Shown here piece after piece: positions 1 through 8,692 of a DNA stretch of 64,000 bases (its first letter is position 1; each line of letters starts with the position of its first letter). Source of the stretch: Dehalococcoidia bacterium (GTDB lineage Bacteria; Chloroflexota; Dehalococcoidia; Lucifugimonadales; UBA826). The stretch spans positions 3,110 through 67,109 of the forward strand of contig JAPYSB010000008.1 of NCBI GenBank assembly GCA_029936675.1, given 5' to 3'. The notes under the pieces were generated by a model. That model did not search any database. It was not told the DNA's origin and saw only the letters and a list, made by a program, of their open reading frames with translations. Both the position numbers and the translations under genes were made by a program.

Positions 1-261
1 TGATACTAAGTTAATGCCTGACCAGGTTAATTCAGCTAGATTAGAAGGGTCTGACCCTGTGAATGTTCCGCCAGCGGACCCGGGAGAGTGTTCAAAATCA
101 TGCATAAGCATCTCAAGATTCACATACCCAACATCTGATGAACGGAATAATTCAATTAGGTCTAAGAATTTTTCTTCTTTGTGGACTGACAGTTTTCTGG
201 TTATCATTGCGTCCCCACCTGCAGTTATAGATAGGTTCCCAGATTCAGCATCGTAAAGCAT
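1..261 (-). CDS. CapA/PGA_cap-family metallophosphatase-like protein, N-terminal part (runs off the window)
   Basis: My reverse translation from ATG (complement of 259-261) gives MLYDAESGNLSITAGGDAMITRKL...DVGYVNLEMLM...GTFTGSDPSNLAELTWSGINLVS. This matches the GD-x-M...NLE...L..G.. pattern of CapA N-termini. AGGA lies 9 nt upstream. The frame is open to position 1. The gene is not in the ORF track because it is truncated. Confidence 0.5.
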   Translation of the reverse strand, partial: MLYDAESGNLSITAGGDAMITRKLSVHKEEKFLDLIELFRSSDVGYVNLEMLMHDFEHSPGSAGGTFTGSDPSNLAELTWSGINLVS

Positions 262-294
262 AGTTAATTCCTGTAAATTTAGGTTGGAATCTAT

Positions 295-876
295 TTAGCC
301 AGGGCTATATTCGTTTGACAACATTCCCATAACTATGGAGTCGTATCTTGCCCCTTCGTGAGGCCGACTCTTTCTCAAAGTTCCTTCATGTTTAAATCCA
401 AGATGTTCAAACATTTTAAGAGCCACTTCATTATATTCAGGTATATCTGCCCACACCCTGAATAATCCATAGTGGGTAAACGCTTGGTTTAAAGTTGCTC
501 GTAGGGCTGCGGTTCCAAAACCGTGGTGCCACATTTCCCTGGCTCCAATTAGGATCGATATTTGCCCATCACCGAGTGATTCTTCAATGGCGATGTGAGA
601 TTCTCCTATATGAGAACCATCGGGCGTGTAAACGGAAAATATAGCATGCTCCGAATTTGAAAATGTTTCTGTCCATTGCTGGTCGGAAAAAGTGTCAGCC
701 TGTTCTGGGTGGTATCCCAGATGGGCGGGATTGCCATATGAGTATCTTCCAAACCAATTTTCGGCAACTTCGTCATCTGCCAACCACTGATTTATTCGTG
801 AAACATCTTCCCTGGCGACTTTTCTTAGTTCAACATTGGGTTCAGTCATAAAAACCTCACTATTTTCAAAGGACAT
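295..876 (-). CDS. GNAT-family N-acetyltransferase (RimJ/RimL-like)
   Basis: 193 aa. Acetyl-CoA binding core WHHGFGTAALRATLNQAF...ALKMFEHLGFKHEGTLRKS. The start could be the internal Met at codon 10. Confidence 0.8.
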   Translation of the reverse strand: MSFENSEVFMTEPNVELRKVAREDVSRINQWLADDEVAENWFGRYSYGNPAHLGYHPEQADTFSDQQWTETFSNSEHAIFSVYTPDGSHIGESHIAIEESLGDGQISILIGAREMWHHGFGTAALRATLNQAFTHYGLFRVWADIPEYNEVALKMFEHLGFKHEGTLRKSRPHEGARYDSIVMGMLSNEYSPG

Positions 877-1080
877 GTTGGCAGCGAGCTATAGATGATC
901 GCATTCACGACGAATTATTTAAAATCGAGCGCCATACGTCAATGCACCTATAATTGTTGAATTTCTGTTCATGAACAAAAACTACACATATCTAATTCCA
1001 AAATCATGGAAATCGAGATGGGTTCAAGTTATGATTACTCTTTGATTTCATAGTTTTCACAATTCAACTCTCAGGATGAA

Positions 1081-2154
1081 ATGATGTTAGAAAGGCTTTC
1101 CTCAGTTGAAGAAAAGTATGAGGAATTGAATAAATTATTGGCAGACCCTGAGGTAGTGACTGATTACACTAAAGTTCAGCAGTATGCCAAAGAACAGTCG
1201 GTAATGAGAGAAGTTGTGGAACTTGCTCGAGAGTACAGAGAAGTTATCAAAGAAATATCTGATTTGCGAGATATGCTTAGATCTGAATCGGACCCTGAGA
1301 TATTATCGCTGGCTAAAGATGAACAGTTGACTCTTGAAGGAAAAAAACAAAAGGCTGAAGAAAGACTACGTAAGGCCTTAGTTCCAAAAGATCCTAATGA
1401 CGAAAAAAATGTAATTATTGAAATTAGAGCTGGAACTGGAGGGGAAGAGGCGGGTTTATTTGCCTCAAATCTATATAGGATGTATTCCCGATTGGCTCAG
1501 CGATTGGACTGGAATTTGGAGATAATAAATTCAAATTCTACAGGGATCGGTGGGTTAAAGGAAATCACTTTTCAGGTTAGCGGTGACCAAGCTTACAGCA
1601 AATTAAAGCATGAAAGCGGTGTTCATAGAGTTCAGAGAGTTCCGACCACTGAATCTAGTGGAAGGATACATACATCTGCTGCTACCGTAGCGGTTCTTCC
1701 TGAAGCCGAAGAGATAGATGTTGAGATTAACCAAGAAGATCTTCAGATAGATATATACCACGCGAGTGGTCATGGTGGACAAAATGTTCAAAAGGTCGCT
1801 ACTGCCGTTCGAATTACACATATTCCTAGCGGCCTTGTCACAACATGTCAGGACGAGAGGTCTCAACATAAAAATAAGGAAAAAGCTCTTGCAGTGCTTA
1901 GGTCGAGATTACTTGCAGCTGAGATAGAAAAACAACAAAAAGAGATTACCGATAGTCGAAGGTCTCAAGTAGGCTCTGGAGATCGTTCAGAAAGAGTTCG
2001 GACATACAATTTCCCACAGGGTAGGATTACAGATCATAGGATCGGTTTGACCAGCTACAACCTTGAGCAGGTACTGGATGGGGACTTGATGGAGTTTATC
2101 GAAGCTTTGGTTCAGGAGGACCAGGCGCGCAAATTGGAGAATGCTAGTTTATGA
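1081..2154 (+). CDS. prfA: Peptide chain release factor 1
   Basis: 357 aa. GGQ motif (SGHGGQNVQKV) and RVQRVPTTESSGRIHTS, typical of RF1. Followed by prmC with an ATGA overlap. Confidence 0.97.
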   Translation: MMLERLSSVEEKYEELNKLLADPEVVTDYTKVQQYAKEQSVMREVVELAREYREVIKEISDLRDMLRSESDPEILSLAKDEQLTLEGKKQKAEERLRKALVPKDPNDEKNVIIEIRAGTGGEEAGLFASNLYRMYSRLAQRLDWNLEIINSNSTGIGGLKEITFQVSGDQAYSKLKHESGVHRVQRVPTTESSGRIHTSAATVAVLPEAEEIDVEINQEDLQIDIYHASGHGGQNVQKVATAVRITHIPSGLVTTCQDERSQHKNKEKALAVLRSRLLAAEIEKQQKEITDSRRSQVGSGDRSERVRTYNFPQGRITDHRIGLTSYNLEQVLDGDLMEFIEALVQEDQARKLENASL

Positions 2155-2999
2155 ACGTCAAAGAAACCCTTAATGTCGTAAGTGAAGAGCTTATGAAAAC
2201 AGGTTCACTTGACGCTAAACTAGAGGCAGAAGTCTTACTTAGGCACGTTTTAAAGATTGACAGAGCAGCTATGTTCAGAGATTTAGACGAAGACGTCTCC
2301 ATCGATGATTCAAGGAATATTGGTTCTTTGGTAAAAAGAAGGGTCCAGAGAGAGCCTCTTGCCTACATTACCGGGTTTAAAGAATTCTATGGACTGCCAT
2401 TTGTTGTGTCAGAAGATGTGTTGATTCCAAGGCAGGAAACGGAGCTTTTGGTTGATGCAGTTATCGTTCAAGCCAAATCGTTGGGTAAAAACGAAATTTC
2501 GATAGTGGATGTGGGAACAGGAAGTGGAGCTATAGCGATTTCGCTGGCTTTGAATATTCCTACTTCTAGCATAATAGCTGTAGATATCAGTGAAGCTGCT
2601 TTAGCAATCGCCGATGATAATAGAAGGGCTCATGGTTTGTATTCCAGAGTCCAACTGAGGCGTGGTAACTTACTTGACCCGATTACAGATAAAATCGACA
2701 TACTGGTTAGTAATCCGCCTTACATTAGGAGCGACAAATTGACCTTCCTGCAGGAAGAGGTGTTAAAGGAACCTCTAGTGGCTTTGGACGGAGGGTATGA
2801 CGGGTTGAAATTGATAAAAAGATTACTATTTCAAGCGGTAGATAAAATGTCCAATCCCGGAGCCATATTGTTTGAAATCGATTCTGATCAAGCGTCTGAA
2901 GCTGTCAAATTATCCCAACAGTTTTTCCCCTCTGCCATAACTACAGTTCTGAAAGATTTTAGCAATGACGAACGGGCAATACTTATAGAAATTAGATAA
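2151..2999 (+). CDS. prmC: Release factor glutamine N5-methyltransferase
   Basis: 282 aa. SAM motif VDVGTGSGAI and catalytic NPPY. 4-nt overlap with the prfA stop. Confidence 0.93.
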   Translation: MNVKETLNVVSEELMKTGSLDAKLEAEVLLRHVLKIDRAAMFRDLDEDVSIDDSRNIGSLVKRRVQREPLAYITGFKEFYGLPFVVSEDVLIPRQETELLVDAVIVQAKSLGKNEISIVDVGTGSGAIAISLALNIPTSSIIAVDISEAALAIADDNRRAHGLYSRVQLRRGNLLDPITDKIDILVSNPPYIRSDKLTFLQEEVLKEPLVALDGGYDGLKLIKRLLFQAVDKMSNPGAILFEIDSDQASEAVKLSQQFFPSAITTVLKDFSNDERAILIEIR

Positions 3000-3058
3000 C
3001 CGCCTATTCTTATATGTCAGACAGGTTTGGTGGTGTATGTAATTAATCCTATCAGTTC

Positions 3059-4198
3059 TTACTCCAAACCAAGTTGGTAATGTTTACCCTCAGTTTTTAT
3101 GGAGGGAGCTACAACTATTTCGACTGAGTGCATGTCTTTGATATTGCGCGCTCCTACCATACCCATACAGGCTTTGAGTGCACCGACTAAATTTTGTGTA
3201 CCATTCGATACTGATGAAGGACCATAAAACAATTCTTTGAGAGTTCCTTTGATTCCAACATTAACCCTCGTACCCCTAGGTAAAGCCGGGTGTGGACTGG
3301 CCATTCCCCAATTAAATCCCTGTCCCGGCGCTTCCTTCGATTGAGCGAGAGGGGTTCCTATCATCACGGCATCGGCTCCACTGGCGATTGCTTTACAAAG
3401 TTCACCTCCGGTTCTGATCCCACCGTCGGTTATGATCGGTATGTATTTACCGGTTCTCTGGAAAAAATCGTCTCTTGCTAGAGCGCAATCCATAGTGGCT
3501 GTCACTTGAGGTATTCCAACTCCCGTGACCTCCCTGGTAGTACATGCTGCACCTGGTCCAACTCCAATGAGGATACCGTGTATACCAGTCTCCATTATTT
3601 CCGTGGCAACATCGTATCCTACACAGTTGCCTACTAAAATTGGCACTTTCACCATTTCAAGCAACTCTGGGAATTGAAGACCTTTTATGCTGTTGGAGAA
3701 ATGCCGAGCGGTAGTCACTGTCGATTGAACCACAATCATATCTGCTCCCGCTTCAACTGCTTGTGGAGCATACGTTTTTGTAAATGCTGGGGTTACAGAA
3801 ACGGAACATTTTGAACCTGTTGCCTTGATTTGTTCCACTCTTTTTCCGACTAGCGCCTCTTTTATCGGTGATGAGTAGACTTTTTGCATTACGGCGGTAA
3901 CCATGTCATTTGGGGTGTCGGCGATTTCTGCAAGTACCCCTTCAGGATCTTCATACCGAGTTTGTACCCCTTCCAAGTTCATTACGCTTAGGGCACCCTG
4001 TTCGTGCATTTTGCCTATGAAATATGGGTTGGACACGGCATCCATCGCTGACCCTAGGATTGGTATGTTGATACTCACATCACCTAACTTAAATGAGGTA
4101 TCGGTCATTTCAGGGTTAACTGTTACTGTCCCTGGGGCAATTGCTACTTCATCAAATCCATAAGTCCTTCTTAATTCGCGAAGATTCGGCATTTCCAA
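3059..4198 (-). CDS. IMP dehydrogenase/GMP reductase-family protein lacking the CBS subdomain (GuaB3-like)
   Basis: 379 aa TIM-barrel. Active-site loop GPGAACTTREVTGVGIPQ and GGIRTGGELCKAIASGADAVMIG. Too short to contain the CBS pair. Confidence 0.85.
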   Translation of the reverse strand: MEMPNLRELRRTYGFDEVAIAPGTVTVNPEMTDTSFKLGDVSINIPILGSAMDAVSNPYFIGKMHEQGALSVMNLEGVQTRYEDPEGVLAEIADTPNDMVTAVMQKVYSSPIKEALVGKRVEQIKATGSKCSVSVTPAFTKTYAPQAVEAGADMIVVQSTVTTARHFSNSIKGLQFPELLEMVKVPILVGNCVGYDVATEIMETGIHGILIGVGPGAACTTREVTGVGIPQVTATMDCALARDDFFQRTGKYIPIITDGGIRTGGELCKAIASGADAVMIGTPLAQSKEAPGQGFNWGMASPHPALPRGTRVNVGIKGTLKELFYGPSSVSNGTQNLVGALKACMGMVGARNIKDMHSVEIVVAPSIKTEGKHYQLGLE

Positions 4199-4470
4199 CT
4201 CCTCAAATCGAATTCGTTTAAATTAGAGATATTATAAATTTTTCTTCCGGATGGGATGTTCAAAATTTATCTGAATAATCTTAATGGTTTATCCACTAGG
4301 CGAATGTGATTAGAATGGTACGTAGAGCCGAAAACCCAATCCAACGGGTTGATCGATAGATGCTCCATAATAACAAGATACGTATAGTGGGATGCGACGA
4401 TGATATGGCTGAATTGTGAAAAGTGTCAATACAGTGACGCGGATAGCCATAATTCGAAAGGAGATTTAAA

Positions 4471-5643
4471 TTGTCTCTCAGTACTGTCAGTCTAGAGGAT
4501 CAAGTTAGAGAATGTGCCGTTTCTCTTGGATTTGACCTTGTTGGTATAACCGATTCTGGACCATTCGAAAGCGATGAAAAGGCCGCCATTAAACGTATAA
4601 ATGACGGGCATATGGAAGGGTATCAATGGTATACAAAGGAACGGGTACGAAAGATGAATCGCCCCCAACTTCTTTTAGAAAATGCTAAATCAGTAATATC
4701 CCTAGCGACAAGTTACCTAACAACGGAGCCCGATACAGGCACATTTAAGAATGGGCGAGTAGCTAGATATGCGTGGGGAGATGATTATCATGAAGTCCTT
4801 AAATCTAAACTAAAGGACTTTTGCGTAAAACTGCAAGAAATCTCTGGCAGAGATATAAATACGCGTATCTTTGTGGATGATGGACCAATGAATGATAGGG
4901 CTGCTGCACGAAGGTCCGGGGTAGGGTGGTTTGGTAAAAACACAAATATATTGACTCCAACCCATGGGTCATGGGTTTTTCTATCCCAAGTGATTACCGA
5001 TTTGAATTTAAAACCGGATAACCCGCTAAAAAAAACTTGTGGCAACTGTGTGAAATGTATAGATGACTGCCCCACTGGAGCAATTGTAGCCCCTTATGTG
5101 ATAGATAATGAAAAATGCATCTCTTATCTAACAATCGAGCTTCGAGGTGTTATTCCTAGGAAATTGAGAGCCCTAATGGGGGATTGGATTTTTGGTTGTG
5201 ATATCTGTCAGGACGTGTGTCCTGTTAATAAAAAAGCTTCAAAAAGCAATCTTGGTGCGTTTTATCAAAGGCCTGGCTTTTCAACACCAGATCTGGTTGA
5301 AATATTGAGTATGGATCAGGCTGAATTCAGTAGAAAATATAAAAATAGCCCTATAAAAAGAACCAAATTGGTAGGGTTAAAAAGAAATGCATGTGTTGCT
5401 TTAGGGAATAATGGCGACCCCAATGCAATTAAAGCGCTATCCACCGCTTTAAAAATGACTGAAACTGTAATTCGCATACATGCCGCTTGGGCCTTAGGGG
5501 TGATAGGGGGGAAAATTCCTCTAGCACTGCTAGAGGAGGCACTCCAATCCGAGGAAGACCAGGACACGATAGATGAAATTCAGATGTCTATTGGAGAAAT
5601 TGGCATCCGGATATCTCGCAAGGAATTAAAAAATGCCGGGTAA
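4471..5643 (+). CDS. queG: Epoxyqueuosine reductase
   Basis: 390 aa with a TTG start. Two ferredoxin-type clusters (CGNCVKCIDDCP, CDICQDVCP), a WGDDYH region and a C-terminal HEAT-like repeat (IRIHAAWALG). Confidence 0.92.
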   Translation: MSLSTVSLEDQVRECAVSLGFDLVGITDSGPFESDEKAAIKRINDGHMEGYQWYTKERVRKMNRPQLLLENAKSVISLATSYLTTEPDTGTFKNGRVARYAWGDDYHEVLKSKLKDFCVKLQEISGRDINTRIFVDDGPMNDRAAARRSGVGWFGKNTNILTPTHGSWVFLSQVITDLNLKPDNPLKKTCGNCVKCIDDCPTGAIVAPYVIDNEKCISYLTIELRGVIPRKLRALMGDWIFGCDICQDVCPVNKKASKSNLGAFYQRPGFSTPDLVEILSMDQAEFSRKYKNSPIKRTKLVGLKRNACVALGNNGDPNAIKALSTALKMTETVIRIHAAWALGVIGGKIPLALLEEALQSEEDQDTIDEIQMSIGEIGIRISRKELKNAG

Positions 5644-6394
5644 GATTTACGTCATTAATGTCGGGTCTAATGCTAGCCACAGTTTTTGTAGCCCGATCTT
5701 TAGTGATCAGACTTTTGAATTTATACCGATACCAGAAGATAGGCAGCTGCCTTCCAGTCATGGATTGGAGTATCGAAACTTGAAATCACATTACGATCCT
5801 GAACAGAATTTATCTCGCTACATTCCCAAAAATATGTTTGGTGCTACGGTGCACAGTGATCCTGAGTTCGACACTTACACATACGGGGATAATTGTGAGG
5901 TTAATCCCCGGGCAATGGGAATGAGAAATGTGACAAGAGGAGACTTCCTTTTGTTTTTATCAAGGTTGCAATATTGGGAAGCAGGCGAACCAAGGGATGA
6001 TTTTGGATTCTATTTTATTGGCTTTATACACGTTGAACAGATTCTGCGATCAGTTTGGGCAACCCCACCTGAACTGCAGATGGAGCGCTTTCATGCCAAT
6101 GCACACCTAAGACGTGGAATGGCTAACCGGGAACTTTGGGATGGATTTTGGGTATTCGGTGGTTCATCGTGGTCAAGACGATTTTATAAAGCGGTTCCTG
6201 TAACAAGAGACCTTTGTGAACAGGTTTTTGTTACAGCTAAAGGGTCTCCGTGGGAATGGAAAGAGAAAAGAACCGAATTGCAAACGATTGGGTCCTATAC
6301 AAGGAGTTGCAGATGTGCAATAGATCCTGCTGCCGCAAACGGGAAAGCCAGGGCTAATATTTTATGGGACCGGATAGAGAAATATAGCCGATGA
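5633..6394 (+). CDS. Conserved-looking hypothetical protein, translationally coupled to queG
   Basis: 253 aa. The ATG lies 11 nt inside the end of queG. N-terminus is IYVINVGSNASHSFCSPIFSDQTFEFIPIPE. I recognise no catalytic motif with certainty. Confidence 0.7.
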   Translation: MPGKIYVINVGSNASHSFCSPIFSDQTFEFIPIPEDRQLPSSHGLEYRNLKSHYDPEQNLSRYIPKNMFGATVHSDPEFDTYTYGDNCEVNPRAMGMRNVTRGDFLLFLSRLQYWEAGEPRDDFGFYFIGFIHVEQILRSVWATPPELQMERFHANAHLRRGMANRELWDGFWVFGGSSWSRRFYKAVPVTRDLCEQVFVTAKGSPWEWKEKRTELQTIGSYTRSCRCAIDPAAANGKARANILWDRIEKYSR

Positions 6395-6408
6395 TTGTTT
6401 TGTTTTAA

Positions 6409-6438
6409 TTGACACTATTTGTGACTGGGACATATAAT
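6409..6438 (+). promoter_or_regulatory. Candidate sigma70-type promoter for the metal ABC operon
   Basis: TTGACA (6409-6414), an 18-nt spacer, then TATAAT (6433-6438). TGTGAC is repeated at 6419 and 6481. Confidence 0.45.
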
Positions 6439-6490
6439 CTATACCCTCAATTGATACTAAGTCTCAATATAATAAATGTAGTTGTGACAT

Positions 6491-7309
6491 ATGAAAAATC
6501 AAGGACAGTTTCCCGAATTGGATGTCGAAGATCACTGTTTGAAGTGTGGGATCAATTGCATATGCGCAATAAGAGCTGTTGGAGCATGCGTAGAATTTAA
6601 CGGTAATTTAGTTTTGGATGATGTTACATTTTCCGTAGGTAAGGGGATTTTATCTGCGTTGGTAGGCCCCAATGCTGGTGGGAAAAGTACCTTATTCAAC
6701 GCCATCGCTGGGATCCAAGATATAGTCCATGGTTCGATATTTGTTAATGGCCTTTCCCCCAAAGATTCAAAAGGTTCTATCAGTTATATACCCCAAAGAG
6801 AAAATGTTAATTGGAGATTTTCATTGACGGCTCAAGAAGTGGTTGACTTAGGTCTAGTAAAAAACAAATCTCTTTTAGGGTTTTCAAGAAAAGGAAGCCT
6901 AGAGAAGGTTCGATCTGCTTTAGAACGGGTAGATATGTGGAATTACAAGGACCAGTTAATTAGCGAAATGTCAGGAGGACAGCGGCAAAGAGTTTTTATT
7001 GCGAGAGCTTTATGTCAAGAAGCGAATATATTGCTTTTAGACGAGGCTTTCAGCGGAGTGGATGTGGCATCTCAATTCGGGTTGATTGATATGCTGAGAG
7101 AACTGAAAGATCAAGGGAAAACTATAGTAATTGCGACTCATGATCTTAATACGCTAGCCGATCGATTCGATGAGGTTATATGTCTCAATAGGCACGTATG
7201 TGCACAAGGATCTCCGGACACAGCATTTACTCCGGCGGTTTTGGAAGAATTATATGGACCCCACCCCGGAATGTTTTTGAGCCATTCCTTAGGTCATCAC
7301 GATGATTAA
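6491..7309 (+). CDS. Metal (Zn/Mn-type, ABC-3 system) ABC transporter ATP-binding protein
   Basis: Walker A GPNAGGKST, signature SGGQRQR, Walker B LLLDEA, and a ZnuC/MntB/TroB-like tail (ICLNRHVCAQGSP). The start is uncertain because no clear SD is present. Confidence 0.88.
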   Translation: MKNQGQFPELDVEDHCLKCGINCICAIRAVGACVEFNGNLVLDDVTFSVGKGILSALVGPNAGGKSTLFNAIAGIQDIVHGSIFVNGLSPKDSKGSISYIPQRENVNWRFSLTAQEVVDLGLVKNKSLLGFSRKGSLEKVRSALERVDMWNYKDQLISEMSGGQRQRVFIARALCQEANILLLDEAFSGVDVASQFGLIDMLRELKDQGKTIVIATHDLNTLADRFDEVICLNRHVCAQGSPDTAFTPAVLEELYGPHPGMFLSHSLGHHDD

Positions 7310-8141
7310 CATCATCCTTGAGCCGTTCCAATATGACTTTATGCTGCGAGCTCTATTTGTGTCGAGTATGGTTGGGATTATATGTCCTATTTTAGGAGCC
7401 TATGTAGTCATTAGAGGTATGGGTTTTATGGGTGACGCTATGGCTCACGCAGTGATGCCGGGCATAGTGATTGCCCTAATCTTTGGCCTCTCCCCCTTTT
7501 TGGGTTCTGTGCCGATGGCAATTGTTGTTGCCGTGTCAGTTGGTTATTTAATTCTCAAGAAGGACGTTAGTATGGACACGGCCGTCGGGGTCATGTTCGC
7601 AGGTTTGTTCTCTTTGGGGCTAGTTTTGATGTCTTTGGTTGGTGGCCTTACTGTAAGCATTGAAGACATATTACTCGGACAGATTTTGGGCGTGTCTAAG
7701 GCCGATATGTTGATTTCATTTGTTTTAACTGTTCTGGTGTTAATTACTCTTGTTACCTTTCACAAGCAACTTATTTTTTCTGGATTTGATCCTGTGGGGT
7801 CAGTCGTAGCAGGGTTAAATGCTGGGGCCTTGAATTACATGTTCTTAATTTTGTTAGGCATATCCATTGTTGTTACCTTGCACGTGGTTGGAGTGGTTTT
7901 GGTTGTAGGGTTGTTGATAACTCCTGCTGCTGCGTCTCAAATGGTGATGCGAAGGTTCACGAGAGCTATGCTTTTAGGAATAATCTTTGGGTTGTTTTCT
8001 ACAGTATCTGGCTTATATATATCCTATTATTTCGATCTTCCTTCGGGACCTGTAATGACTTTGATCTCGTTTGTGATCTTTCTGTGCTGCGCCATTTATG
8101 GAAGATTTTTTTCTCAGACACAAACGTCACATTTGATGTAG
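7302..8141 (+). CDS. ABC-3 family metal transporter permease (ZnuB/MntC/TroC-like)
   Basis: 279 aa polytopic membrane protein with a GDAMAHAVMPG motif. 8-nt overlap with the upstream ATPase gene. Confidence 0.88.
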   Translation: MINIILEPFQYDFMLRALFVSSMVGIICPILGAYVVIRGMGFMGDAMAHAVMPGIVIALIFGLSPFLGSVPMAIVVAVSVGYLILKKDVSMDTAVGVMFAGLFSLGLVLMSLVGGLTVSIEDILLGQILGVSKADMLISFVLTVLVLITLVTFHKQLIFSGFDPVGSVVAGLNAGALNYMFLILLGISIVVTLHVVGVVLVVGLLITPAAASQMVMRRFTRAMLLGIIFGLFSTVSGLYISYYFDLPSGPVMTLISFVIFLCCAIYGRFFSQTQTSHLM

Positions 8142-8542
8142 AACTCTATGTTGTGGCCAACAATCGCACCAGGTATGTCTGACTCGATACCTTTTAATAA
8201 TCTTTCAACAGTCGAGGCTTTAAACTCTCCCACCCTGCCACATGATACGCAGACAGTATGATGGTGGTGATCTACCCGAGAGAGTGAATATCTAGGTTTT
8301 CCACCTGGTATAGAAAGACGGCATATAACGTTTGCGTTCAGCAGAATTTTCAGAGTTCGAAATACAGTAGCCCTGGATACATTCGGCAGATCATCTGCCA
8401 TTTGCTCAGTGGTAAACCCTTCAGCAGCAGCATGAATATAATCTACTATTCTTTGTCTTGGGGCCGTAATTCTAAGTCCATGATCCTCCAGTAGGGCCAA
8501 TAGATTCGGCCTAGTCGTGTTTGAATTAGAGTTTGTCATCAC
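8114..8542 (-). CDS. Fur-family metalloregulator (Zur/Fur-like)
   Basis: 142 aa. Winged helix N-terminus, HHHHTVCVSCG and C-terminal CDVC metal sites. Convergent with the permease gene and overlapping it by 28 nt. Confidence 0.88.
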   Translation of the reverse strand: MMTNSNSNTTRPNLLALLEDHGLRITAPRQRIVDYIHAAAEGFTTEQMADDLPNVSRATVFRTLKILLNANVICRLSIPGGKPRYSLSRVDHHHHTVCVSCGRVGEFKASTVERLLKGIESDIPGAIVGHNIEFYIKCDVCV

Positions 8543-8692
8543 AGAATCTTACCCAGACACAGAATACCAGATTTATTAGCCCAGGAAACATTGAAACTTT
8601 GCCAATTGCAACATTGATCTAAATTTTTAGATTCCTACAATGTTAAACTTCCATACTAAATACACAGATATTTATTATTGAAATGATGACAA

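Noticed and set aside
14-256. 80-aa plus-strand ORF from the track
   Set aside because: It has no recognisable motif. The opposite strand encodes a convincing CapA-like N-terminus with its own RBS, so the plus-strand ORF is most likely an antisense artefact.
4199-4470. Possible preQ1 or other riboswitch in the 272-bp spacer upstream of queG
   Set aside because: No preQ1-type consensus or terminator is readable, only a short AACCC/GGGTT hairpin. The region is more likely a divergent promoter.
6409-6600. 63-aa plus-strand ORF upstream of and overlapping the metal ABC ATPase gene
   Set aside because: It begins inside the putative promoter, has no motif, and overlaps the ATPase gene start out of frame.
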